Shown here one piece after another: positions 1 through 7,998 of a DNA stretch of 22,246 bases (position 1 is its first letter; each line of letters starts with the position of its first letter). The notes beneath the pieces are model-generated. The model searched no databases, had not been told where the DNA came from, and saw only the letters and a list, made by a program, of their open reading frames with translations. The position numbers and the translations under genes are program-made. Location: contig JBDKSP010000070.1 of the NCBI GenBank assembly GCA_039680575.1, positions 1-22,246 on the forward strand, in the 5' to 3' direction. The DNA is from Armatimonadota bacterium. Lineage in GTDB: Bacteria; Armatimonadota; UBA5829; DTLH01.

Positions 1-49
1 TATATAAACAGTTCTCTGATATAGCTTTATCTGTTGATTTTACACTTAC

Positions 50-127
50 ACCTGAAACTCTTCCGGAAGATTTTCGGCAACAGCCAACATATGATTGGCC
101 GTTAATTAATCAGCCGAAAATCTATAG
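50..127. repeat. Palindromic repeat element (family B), partial copy with an extra hairpin in its loop
   Basis: ACCTGAAACTCTTCCGGAAGATTTTCGGC (50-78) and AGCCGAAAATCTATAG (112-127) match 22153-22182 and 22186-22201. Stem AGATTTTCGGC/GCCGAAAATCT encloses a 34-nt loop containing hairpin AACAGCCAA-CATATGA-TTGGCCGTT. Confidence 0.85.
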
Positions 128-236
128 TGCCAAGTGTGCTTTGGGATGAAAAGAATCCCGAAACATAGGTAAAGGGCATGGATGCCCTGGAGAATGGGGG
201 CCGGGGCATGGATCCCCCGGTCCATCAGAGTGCGAG

Positions 237-273
237 GTCTTTACTGATAGCTGACGGCTGAAAGCTGATAGCT
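237..273 (+). repeat. Heptamer tandem repeat tract (RCTGAnR)n
   Basis: ACTGATA GCTGACG GCTGAAA GCTGATA GCT. 237-261 is a 24/25 inverted match to 1800-1824, and a related tract lies at 18568-18622. Confidence 0.8.
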
Positions 274-285
274 ATCTGGAAAACT

Positions 286-2037
286 ATGTTTATTCGAGAC
301 AACATACTATCCATACTGATCTTTCTGCCGGTGGCGGCGAGCATAATCGTGCTCCTTATACCGAGACGGTTCGACGCGCTCATCCGCTGGTTCTCGCTTG
401 CAGCAGCCATGGCTGCGTTCGCTTTATCTGTTCCACTTTTCTTCTGGTTCGACCTAAAAACATCGGGGATGCAGTTTCAGCAGTCCGTCCCGTGGGTCGA
501 GACAACCCGGTTTGCCATCAACTACCATGTCGGGATAGATGGGATCAGCCTGTTCCTGGTGCTACTTACTGCATTTCTGGTGCCTGTCGCCATGCTCGCA
601 TCCTGGAGGAGCATCACTGAACGCGCGAGGGAGTTCTATTTCTCGCTTTTGATTCTTCTTGGTGCAATGACCGGCGTATTCGTTTCGCTAGACCTGATAC
701 TCTTCTACGTTTTCTGGGATGCTATGCTGATTCCGATGTATTTCATAATCGGGGTCTGGGGGTACCAGAACCGGATTTATGCCTCGATCAAATTCTTTAT
801 CTACACTCTGGTCGGAAGCCTTTTAATGCTTGTGGCAATCATCTATCTGGGGTTTCGAAACCCCACCGGCGTGACTTTCGACCTTTTGGAGCTGACAGCC
901 GCCGGGCCGATAGCGAAAAGTGTCCAATTCTGGCTTTTCGGGGCATTCGGCCTTGCATTTACGATCAAAATACCGATATTTCCGTTTCATACGTGGCTTC
1001 CTGATGCCCACACGGAGGCTCCAACCGCCGGAAGTGTCATTCTGGCCGGAATTCTTCTCAAAATGGGGGCTTACGGGTTCCTCAGGTTCTGCCTGCCGCT
1101 CTTCCCGGCTGCAGCGGTATACTTTGCGCCGCTCCTTATCGCACTTGGGATAATCGGGATCATCTACGGAGCGCTCGTCGCCTTTGCACAGCCGGATGTA
1201 AAGCGGCTTGTGGCCTATTCGAGCGTAAGCCACCTGGGGTTTGTCGTGCTGGGGATATTCGCGTTCAACATTCAGGGGATTCAAGGTGCATTACTGCTCA
1301 TGATTGCCCACGGGCTTGCGACTGGCGCGATGTTTCTCATTGCCGGCATACTCTACGACCGGCGGCACAGCCGGTTGATGGCCGATTTCGGCGGTGTCTG
1401 GCGGGTGATGCCCGTATTTGGTGGATTTTTTATGATTGCCGCGCTCGCGTCGCTCGGGCTTCCGGGGCTGTCGAATTTTTCAGGCGAGTTTCTGGTGGTA
1501 GTCGGCACGTTCCTCGCCAGAAACTGGATATATGCCGCGCTTGCTGCAAGCGGAGCTGTGCTGTCCGCGATTTACATACTGTGGCTTTACGGAAATGTGA
1601 TGCAGGGGCCGACCGAGAAGCCCGCGGTACGCAGTATGCGCGACCTCACTGTTCGTGAAGTTTTTGTACTCACGCCGGTGGTAATCTTCATCATCCTGCT
1701 CGGCGTCTTCCCCGGTCCTTTTCTTTCGAGAACTGAAGCATCAGCAGTGAGGGTGATGGAAGCTGTGAAAAACAGGGAACAGGAAAGAACAGTCAGTAGT
1801 CAGCCGTCAGCTGTCAGTAAAGACGTCACCCTGAATAGCAAAGACGTCATCCTGAACAATCACTGCGTCACCCTGAACTTGATTCAGGGTCCATTTTCTT
1901 CCTGGATTCCGAGTCAAGCTCGGAATGACGTTGTGATAGTCCAGCATTCAGTTGCAACAACCTGCTGGCATCTTGCATCCCAACCAACCTCTAGCCCCCG
2001 AACCTCATCCTCTGAGGAAAGAGGTGAAAAGCGATGA
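286..2037 (+). CDS. nuoM: NADH-quinone oxidoreductase subunit M with repeat-derived C-terminal extension
   Basis: Multi-TM antiporter-like subunit with motifs GIDGISL, KFFIYT, KIPIFPFHTWLPDAHTEAPT, LLKMGAYG, KRLVAYSSVSHLG, LGLPGLSNFSGEF. Followed by nuoN with an ATGA overlap. Confidence 0.97.
   Translation: MFIRDNILSILIFLPVAASIIVLLIPRRFDALIRWFSLAAAMAAFALSVPLFFWFDLKTSGMQFQQSVPWVETTRFAINYHVGIDGISLFLVLLTAFLVPVAMLASWRSITERAREFYFSLLILLGAMTGVFVSLDLILFYVFWDAMLIPMYFIIGVWGYQNRIYASIKFFIYTLVGSLLMLVAIIYLGFRNPTGVTFDLLELTAAGPIAKSVQFWLFGAFGLAFTIKIPIFPFHTWLPDAHTEAPTAGSVILAGILLKMGAYGFLRFCLPLFPAAAVYFAPLLIALGIIGIIYGALVAFAQPDVKRLVAYSSVSHLGFVVLGIFAFNIQGIQGALLLMIAHGLATGAMFLIAGILYDRRHSRLMADFGGVWRVMPVFGGFFMIAALASLGLPGLSNFSGEFLVVVGTFLARNWIYAALAASGAVLSAIYILWLYGNVMQGPTEKPAVRSMRDLTVREVFVLTPVVIFIILLGVFPGPFLSRTEASAVRVMEAVKNREQERTVSSQPSAVSKDVTLNSKDVILNNHCVTLNLIQGPFSSWIPSQARNDVVIVQHSVATTCWHLASQPTSSPRTSSSEERGEKR
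1816..1878 (+). repeat. 3 x 21-bp tandem repeat within the nuoM extension
   Basis: AGTAAAGACGTCACCCTGAAT / AGCAAAGACGTCATCCTGAAC / AATCACTGCGTCACCCTGAAC, encoding SKDVTLN-SKDVILN-NHCVTLN. Confidence 0.9.
1866..1930. repeat. CGTC-tagged palindromic (REP-like) cloverleaf element (family A), in-frame in nuoM
   Basis: CGTCA-CCCTGAA-CTTGA-TTCAGGG-TCCA-N9-TGGA-TTCCGAG-TCAAG-CTCGGAA-TGACG. A second copy lies at 22122-22246. Confidence 0.9.
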
Positions 2038-3485
2038 GGATTCCGGTCAGCGCGGCGGATTGGCTTGTTGTAATCCCTGAAATTATCCTCATCGTTACGG
2101 CTGCGGTTGTTTTAATGCTGGATGCTTTTACTAAGCGCACATCAGATAAGGCTTCTCCGTGGATTGCGCTCATTGGGTGTTTCGCCGGATTGGTGGCAGT
2201 CGGTCTTATGTGGGGGCGGCATCTTTCCGGGTTCGGCGGAATGGTCATAGCGGACAATTTCTCTGAGCTTGTGAAAATGGTGATACTTACTGCTGCCGCG
2301 CTAAGCATTCTGCTCTCTGTCGATTATGCGAGGCGGGAAGAATTCCAGCAGGGCGAATACTACTCGCTTATGCTCCTCTCCACTGTAGGAATGCTCCTTC
2401 TGGCATCGAGCGCCAACCTGATTATGGTGTTTCTCAGCCTAGAAATGCTTTCAATTGCGCTTTACGTTATGACAGGATTTGCTATCGGCAGGCAGAGGTC
2501 TCAGGAAGCGGGGATGAAATACTTCCTGTTAGGCTCGTTTTCGGCTGCAATCCTGATCTACGGCGTTGCACTCATCTACGGAGCGACCGGCACTGTCGAT
2601 ATGCGGGCTGTAGCGTCTGCGATTGCTTCACGAGGAATGGCCGGTAATCCAATTCTCCTTGCAGGAGCAGGATTAGTGCTGGTAGGACTTGCTTTCAAGG
2701 TGGCGGCGGTCCCGTTTCAGATGTGGGTTCCGGATGTCTACGAAGGTGCGCCGTCACCGGTCACGGCATATATGTCTGTCGCAACAAAAGCGGCGGCGTT
2801 CGCTGCGCTCACGCGGATTCTTGTTTTTACATTCAGCGACCTAAGCAGTATCTGGCTTGCAGCCATCTGGATGTTGGCTGCGCTGACGATGATCGTGGGA
2901 AATGTCGTCGCGATCGCGCAGGATAACATCAAAAGGATGCTTGCATATTCGAGCATTGCTCATGCGGGCTACATATTGGTTGCGGTTGCATCGGCCAATC
3001 AACTCGGTATCCAAAGCATCCCGTTCTACCTTAGCGCCTATGCGTTTATGAACCTCGGCGCGTGGGCGGTGGTAACGGTTGTCACGAAAAAAGGCGAAGA
3101 AGCCACAGGGCTTCATGACTACAGCGGGCTTTTCTGGAGAAACCCACTTCTTGCAAGCTCAATGGCGGTTTTCCTGTTCGGGCTTGCAGGGCTGCCGCCG
3201 ACATCCGGCTTTACAGCAAAAATTTATATTTTTATGGCTGCGGTTAATGCAAATTTAATCGGACTATTGATTGTTGCCATAATAACAACTATAATTTCAG
3301 TCTATTTTTACCTGCGGATAACGGTCATAATGTTTATAGAGAGACGTGAGAGCGAACCCGCAGTCAACGTACCTGTGCCGGTTGCGATAGTTATCGGTAT
3401 TGCAGTAATAGCAACAATCTGGCTTTTTCTATTTCCGAACAGCACTCAGGCTTTCACCGATGCCGTCTGGAGACTAATGCTATGA
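2034..3485 (+). CDS. nuoN: NADH-quinone oxidoreductase subunit N
   Basis: Motifs GEYYSL, EAGMKYFLLGS, FKVAAVPFQMWVPDVYEGAPSPVT, NIKRMLAYSSIAHAGY, GLPPTSGFTAK. RBS-like GAGGTG upstream. Confidence 0.97.
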   Translation: MRIPVSAADWLVVIPEIILIVTAAVVLMLDAFTKRTSDKASPWIALIGCFAGLVAVGLMWGRHLSGFGGMVIADNFSELVKMVILTAAALSILLSVDYARREEFQQGEYYSLMLLSTVGMLLLASSANLIMVFLSLEMLSIALYVMTGFAIGRQRSQEAGMKYFLLGSFSAAILIYGVALIYGATGTVDMRAVASAIASRGMAGNPILLAGAGLVLVGLAFKVAAVPFQMWVPDVYEGAPSPVTAYMSVATKAAAFAALTRILVFTFSDLSSIWLAAIWMLAALTMIVGNVVAIAQDNIKRMLAYSSIAHAGYILVAVASANQLGIQSIPFYLSAYAFMNLGAWAVVTVVTKKGEEATGLHDYSGLFWRNPLLASSMAVFLFGLAGLPPTSGFTAKIYIFMAAVNANLIGLLIVAIITTIISVYFYLRITVIMFIERRESEPAVNVPVPVAIVIGIAVIATIWLFLFPNSTQAFTDAVWRLML

Positions 3486-4048
3486 TTATTCGCAACTTGG
3501 ACGCTGACGAATGCCATCGTTTGGCTGAGATCGACCCGTCATTCGTGACAAACAAGACCTACAGGATCGACAGCGAGAATCCTTTCGAGCCGCGTTTAGT
3601 GGCTGTTGATGCCAATCCCCCGATAGAGGTCATGCCTCCAATCTTTGGCAGCACATCACCCAATGCAGCTATGAGATACTTCGACGAGTATGACCGCTAC
3701 GACCTGTTCCTTGCTGCCGAGGAAGATAACCGGATAGTCGGAGCCGCTTGCTGTATGCCGCTTGTCAGGGATATACCTTTTTGCATGGCAAAGCCGGGCG
3801 AATATATGCTCGCAACGATAGCTGTAGACAGAGAGGAACGTGGAAAAGGTATCGGCCGGCAGTTGCTTGAAACTGTAAAACGCTATTGCGTGGATTCAGG
3901 GAAATCCATGGTCAGTCTTTGGACCGGGTTCGATTACTATCCGGCTGTGAAGTTCTATCTATCTCAGGGTTTTGCTATCTCAGGTTGGATGGTGCATCCG
4001 GGCTGTTATTATGATGAATGCATGATTTATCTTACCTGGAAACCCTAG
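3482..4048 (+). CDS. GNAT family N-acetyltransferase (streptothricin acetyltransferase-like N-terminus)
   Basis: Acetyl-CoA motif A IAVDREERGKGIGRQLL and motif B PAVKFYLSQGF. ATGA overlap with the nuoN stop. Confidence 0.9.
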   Translation: MIIRNLDADECHRLAEIDPSFVTNKTYRIDSENPFEPRLVAVDANPPIEVMPPIFGSTSPNAAMRYFDEYDRYDLFLAAEEDNRIVGAACCMPLVRDIPFCMAKPGEYMLATIAVDREERGKGIGRQLLETVKRYCVDSGKSMVSLWTGFDYYPAVKFYLSQGFAISGWMVHPGCYYDECMIYLTWKP

Positions 4049-4164
4049 CTTTCTTTCCGACTGTGTGACGTGTTGATTGTTCAGGTGATGTATGATTTCA
4101 TTAAGAGTGGATTGTTGCCAATCAGATTGTCAATAATCACTTATGCGGAAGAAAGAAGGGTCTT

Positions 4165-4701
4165 GTGAGCGTGTTGTCTGCACCACGGTATGTCGATGTT
4201 GAAGTAAGCCACCGGTTTCTATTGGAAGTCCAGCAAAAGATAAAGGAATCCGGCTCGCCGGGTGAAGTCGTGCTCGTCGTGCCTCGACCGGGTGGGGGAA
4301 TATTGCTTCACACGAAGTCATTCTATCCGCCCGAGACCTACCGGCTGCCTACCGGTAAGCTGCTGCCTGAAGAGGACTCTCTTGATGCGTTCCACCGGGA
4401 ATTTACCGAGGAACTTGGAACCGAAGGTCGCGTGGACTGCAGCCTCGGCGTGGTTGTACACAGGCTGAAATCCGGAAATGAAGAGCCGGTCGAGTTTGTT
4501 TCACATGTCTATCTGGCGCATGAGATGACCGAAGAACCTGTACCTCAGGACGACGGCGAGCAGATTACCGGGTTTATCGAGGTTTCAGCCAGTGAACTTA
4601 CGAGTGTTGCCGACCGGCTCGAAAATCTCCCTGGACATTGGCTCGACTGGGGACGCTTCCGGGCTATCGCCCATAGGTTTGTGGCTGAAAGCCTTTTGTA
4701 G
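4165..4701 (+). CDS. Nudix hydrolase
   Basis: Nudix box G-x5-E-x7-RE-F-x-EE-x-G (GKLLPEEDSLDAFHREFTEELG). The GTG start is uncertain. Confidence 0.9.
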   Translation: MSVLSAPRYVDVEVSHRFLLEVQQKIKESGSPGEVVLVVPRPGGGILLHTKSFYPPETYRLPTGKLLPEEDSLDAFHREFTEELGTEGRVDCSLGVVVHRLKSGNEEPVEFVSHVYLAHEMTEEPVPQDDGEQITGFIEVSASELTSVADRLENLPGHWLDWGRFRAIAHRFVAESLL

Positions 4702-4778
4702 AGAAGCCGAAACTGCAGGTGTAGAGAATCTTTGTCCAGAAACCTGCCTTTCAGTGTGTCAAAATAGTATGTCGATAG

Positions 4779-4811
4779 AAAAGCGGAAGCTAATGCTTCC
4801 GCACTCCAAAG
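4779..4811 (-). repeat. GGAG-tagged REP-like hairpin, possibly terminating the minus-strand gene pair
   Basis: Minus strand reads TTTGGAGT-GCGGAAGC-ATTA-GCTTCCGC-TTTT, a perfect 8-bp stem followed by a T run. Confidence 0.55.
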
Positions 4812-4814
4812 AGA

Positions 4815-4871
4815 TTGGTGGAAAGTGTGCTTCGGGACGAACTGCAGTCCCGAAGCATGAGTCTCCACTAA
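4815..4871. repeat. Long stem-loop between convergent genes
   Basis: TGCTTCGGGAC-GAACTGCA-GTCCCGAAGCA (perfect 11-bp stem) enclosed by TTGGTGGA/TCCACTAA. Confidence 0.6.
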
Positions 4872-4891
4872 CCCTATTCCTGAGTCTTTTC

Positions 4892-5551
4892 TTACTTCTT
4901 GACCGGAGCTTTTGGAGCCGGAGCAGTTTTCTTTGCAGGTGATACAGTGCTTGATGGTTGTTTCTGCTCAGGTTTGGGTTTTACTGTCTGCTGTGTTTCC
5001 GCTATCTGGGAATACACCTTGATTGCATTCCCGAACCATGCTGCAAGTTTGGGCACATCTACAAATCCGACTGTCCTTGCGACATACAGCCTGCTCTTGT
5101 TAGTGTCAACCCCGACGGCGAGAAAGTCCTGCCCGCCATGCGTATAAACAGCCCCTGCTTTTGCCGGCGCCATCGAGATGTCATAGATGATCCTTGACCA
5201 GCCATCATCGGCAGTGAACTTCGCCTGGTAAAAATCGAGCATTTTGGTTATGTTGGCGGTTTTAGGAATATCGAACTGCAGGACGCGTACCTGGCGCACT
5301 CCCTCGATGGCGGCGGAGAAGCTGTCGATATCGAGCTGCTTTATCAAATCGCCGACTTCTCCCGGCGTACCGGCAGCAGCTTGTGCAAACGCAGGGAGGG
5401 CTTGCTTAATCATCCCGAGTATGTCCGTATCGCTCAGGTTGATCTCTGTAACCAGTGTTGCTCCAACTGGAGCTGGGATTTCGGGCTGCTGGGCATATGA
5501 CGCCGCTGCAAGCAGTGCGAAAGCAATCGTGATCAATACCGTCTTTTTCAT
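4892..5551 (-). CDS. Exported protein, DUF4252-like
   Basis: Signal peptide MKKTVLITIAFALLAAASYA, AGGAG RBS and a Lys/Pro-rich tail. The pattern VTEINLS...VRVLQF...GWSRII...VARTVGFVDVPKL resembles DUF4252. Confidence 0.7.
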   Translation of the reverse strand: MKKTVLITIAFALLAAASYAQQPEIPAPVGATLVTEINLSDTDILGMIKQALPAFAQAAAGTPGEVGDLIKQLDIDSFSAAIEGVRQVRVLQFDIPKTANITKMLDFYQAKFTADDGWSRIIYDISMAPAKAGAVYTHGGQDFLAVGVDTNKSRLYVARTVGFVDVPKLAAWFGNAIKVYSQIAETQQTVKPKPEQKQPSSTVSPAKKTAPAPKAPVKK

Positions 5552-5585
5552 CTTATTTATCTTTCTCCTCGGAAATAATAATGGT

Positions 5586-6179
5586 CTATTTCAACGATCC
5601 GCAGGCGAAATCCACGAAACCTTTACCCATGATCTGCGGAATTGCCGGTGCGATCAGTTCCACGACATTAGCGATGTTCGGACAGCCGGATATCCTTATC
5701 GCTTTTATTTCCGCGCCGGTGGTATTATTGCTTTTGTTCTTCTCGGCTTTTATCGCAACGGCGAAATAACCGCTGTTCTGCGGCAGCGCCAGGATCAGCA
5801 TCCCGGATTCAGGTGTATCTTTGCCGCAGTTGTAAATAACACGATTGCCGTCGACTTTTTTCTCGAAAAGCGCGAGCGTATCGGCGGCCGTATACTTCCC
5901 ATTCAGCTTCATCTCGGCAAACTGCACGCACTCGACCGTACCAAGCGCCTTATCCAGCTTTTCGGAGTCTATCTGCAGGTCGGGGTAGGACTGGCTGAGA
6001 TACATGGGGAGAAGATCCATTATCTGGTCCCTTGTGACGCTCATTTCCGTCGTAACGGCAGCTCCAGCCGGCGTAGGAATCTCAAGAGGAGACTTGGATT
6101 TCTCAGCTTGATCCTGTCCCATAACCGGAACCGCTGCGACGATCATGATGACTGCCATCATAGCGAATAATCTTTTCAT
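5586..6179 (-). CDS. Exported protein, DUF4252-like, paralogue of the adjacent gene
   Basis: Signal peptide MKRLFAMMAVIMIVAAVPVMG. EIPTPAGAAVTTEMSVT aligns with EIPAPVGATLVTEINLS of 4892-5551. GAGGG RBS. Confidence 0.7.
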   Translation of the reverse strand: MKRLFAMMAVIMIVAAVPVMGQDQAEKSKSPLEIPTPAGAAVTTEMSVTRDQIMDLLPMYLSQSYPDLQIDSEKLDKALGTVECVQFAEMKLNGKYTAADTLALFEKKVDGNRVIYNCGKDTPESGMLILALPQNSGYFAVAIKAEKNKSNNTTGAEIKAIRISGCPNIANVVELIAPAIPQIMGKGFVDFACGSLK

Positions 6180-6348
6180 ATCTATCCCTCTGGTAATAAA
6201 TTATTGAATGGCTGCGTAAAACACCCAGTATTCATGAGTCGCACTGCTGCAGTCCACATTGCCGTTGACAAGAGATGGAAAGGTATGAGTGGTGGGGATT
6301 CCACACCCGCATTCCATAACATTCCACGAAATTTCACCGTCCGCTTGC

Positions 6349-6377
6349 TTGACAGTGTAGTTCACCTCTACTATAAT
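6349..6377 (+). promoter_or_regulatory. Consensus sigma70/sigmaA promoter
   Basis: TTGACA (6349-6354), 17-nt spacer, TATAAT (6372-6377), upstream of the six-gene operon. Confidence 0.9.
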
Positions 6378-6443
6378 GTCCGCAATGCCTGCATGAGTGG
6401 ATAGCTCGTGTCCGGCCATCATTTTGAGTGTTGTTTTTACTAC

Positions 6444-6890
6444 GTGAATGCATCTTTGACCGATTCTATCGGCACAAATAATGATGTTGTTCTCCGCTGG
6501 CAGGTTCACCTGGCAAAAGAGCAGCCGCGGAAGCTGATAGTAGTCATCGCCGCAATAATCGCGATGACTGCAATGGCATGCGTCTGGTTCCGCAGCCCTA
6601 TTGCCGTCATCGTAACAGTGCTGGCGCTTATCGGCGCTCTTTCCGATTTCCTCTTGCCCATGACTTTTGTCATAACCACCAAAAATGTCTCCGCTTATAC
6701 ACTGGCAGGTAAGCGTATGATGGCATGGGAGGATGTACGCAAGTGCTACATCGACGAAAGCGGTGTGAAGATCAGCCCGCTTCCGAGGGCATCCCGGCTC
6801 GAAGCATATCGTGGGGTTTACCTGCGCTTCGGGGACCGGAAGGAAGAGGTTATAGCTGCCGTAACCAGGTTGAAACCAAAAGATGGATAA
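6444..6890 (+). CDS. Membrane protein with two TM helices and a bacterial PH-like C-terminal domain
   Basis: Two hydrophobic segments, then FVITTKNV...MAWEDVRK...GVYLRF, a pattern typical of bPH-type domains. Start could be GTG 6444 or GTG 6408. Confidence 0.7.
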   Translation: MNASLTDSIGTNNDVVLRWQVHLAKEQPRKLIVVIAAIIAMTAMACVWFRSPIAVIVTVLALIGALSDFLLPMTFVITTKNVSAYTLAGKRMMAWEDVRKCYIDESGVKISPLPRASRLEAYRGVYLRFGDRKEEVIAAVTRLKPKDG

Positions 6891-7197
6891 TATTGACGAG
6901 CCGTTAGGTGAAGAAGAAGCGCGGAAACTGGCCGAAGAAGTCGCTTCGATGATTGTGAAAAGACGGCTCGAAACGCCGGCAGTGCTATTTTTGGAAATGC
7001 ACAAACCATTGAGCTTCATTGCCAGCCAGGGCATGATAGTAGCGATGCCGTTTCTGGCTCCGCTCCTGGGGCCCGAAAAGGTTTCGAAGTTCAGCCGTTT
7101 CTTGAGAGAACGTGAAAATATAGAGCGCTTGATCCAACGTATAGAGGAATTATCCGAGGAGCGCGATCTGGCGAAGAAGGAGGACGCGCAGAAGTAA
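6883..7197 (+). CDS. Small hypothetical protein
   Basis: 104 aa, overlapping the upstream gene by 8 nt. Motif LETPAVLFLEMHKPLSFIASQ with amphipathic helices. Confidence 0.85.
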   Translation: MDNIDEPLGEEEARKLAEEVASMIVKRRLETPAVLFLEMHKPLSFIASQGMIVAMPFLAPLLGPEKVSKFSRFLRERENIERLIQRIEELSEERDLAKKEDAQK

Positions 7198-7198
7198 C

Positions 7199-7993
7199 AT
7201 GTCACATGCTAATTGGACCGTATATCTGCTTGAGGGAATTGTCGTTTCCCTCATACTGTACAAAATCCTGTCCGCGCGGGCTGGGAAAAAGCTTTTCATC
7301 CGGCGAATACCAGGACTTTCGGCGATAGATGAAGCTGTCGGCCGCGCTACGGAAATGGGGCGACCCATGCTTTACTCGACCGGGCTCGGGGGGCTGGATA
7401 TCGTTTCGCTGCAGTCATTATCGATTCTGTCTCACATTATCAAGGTTGCAGCCAAGTATCGCGCGAGGATTATCGTTCCTACAGCCGATGCACTGCTTTA
7501 TACTATTGCAGAAGAAACCGCGAAGGACGCTTATGAGTCGGAAGGTGCCGGTGAGGCGTTTAACCCGGATGATGTCCAGTATCTTTCCGGTGACCAGTTT
7601 GCCTATGCATCAGGCGTCGTCGGAATCCTGAATAGAGAGAGAGTATCCGCTGCTTTCTACTTCGGTAACTTTTTTGCCGAGTCCCTGATTCTGGCGGAAA
7701 ACGGCCAGCAAGTCGGTGCGATTCAGGTCGCAGGGACACCATGTATCACACAAATCCCGTTCTTCATTGCTTCATGTGACTACACGATTATCGGCGATGA
7801 GTATTATGCGGCAAGCGCATATCTGTCAAGAGAACCCACATTGCTCGGGAGTCTTGTCGGGCAGGACTACGCTAAAGCAATAATCATTATAGTCATTCTG
7901 CTCGGTATCATTTCAGTCTCAACCATAGCCGTATCCACAGTACCGTTTCTTGAAACAATCCTACTCCGCTTTATTGGAGCGTTCAAAGGATAA
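7199..7993 (+). CDS. DUF6754 domain membrane protein
   Basis: N-terminal TM, IRRIPGLSAIDEAVGRATEMGRP, ESLILAE, QIPFFIASCDYTIIGDEYYAASAYLS, GSLVGQD, C-terminal TM. AGGAGG RBS. Confidence 0.88.
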   Translation: MSHANWTVYLLEGIVVSLILYKILSARAGKKLFIRRIPGLSAIDEAVGRATEMGRPMLYSTGLGGLDIVSLQSLSILSHIIKVAAKYRARIIVPTADALLYTIAEETAKDAYESEGAGEAFNPDDVQYLSGDQFAYASGVVGILNRERVSAAFYFGNFFAESLILAENGQQVGAIQVAGTPCITQIPFFIASCDYTIIGDEYYAASAYLSREPTLLGSLVGQDYAKAIIIIVILLGIISVSTIAVSTVPFLETILLRFIGAFKG

Positions 7994-7998
7994 AACTT

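Noticed and set aside
1816..1878. Possible mini-CRISPR array
   Set aside because: The 21-nt period is too short for repeat plus spacer, there are no cas genes, and it lies in-frame in nuoM.
5244..6170. 308-aa plus-strand ORF
   Set aside because: Antisense to two genes that have clear signal peptides, RBSs and mutual paralogy.
6265..6270. Second TTGACA box
   Set aside because: No -10 element at 16-18 nt spacing.
6201..7205. 334-aa minus-strand ORF
   Set aside because: Antisense shadow of two plus-strand genes and their consensus promoter, with no protein-like motifs.
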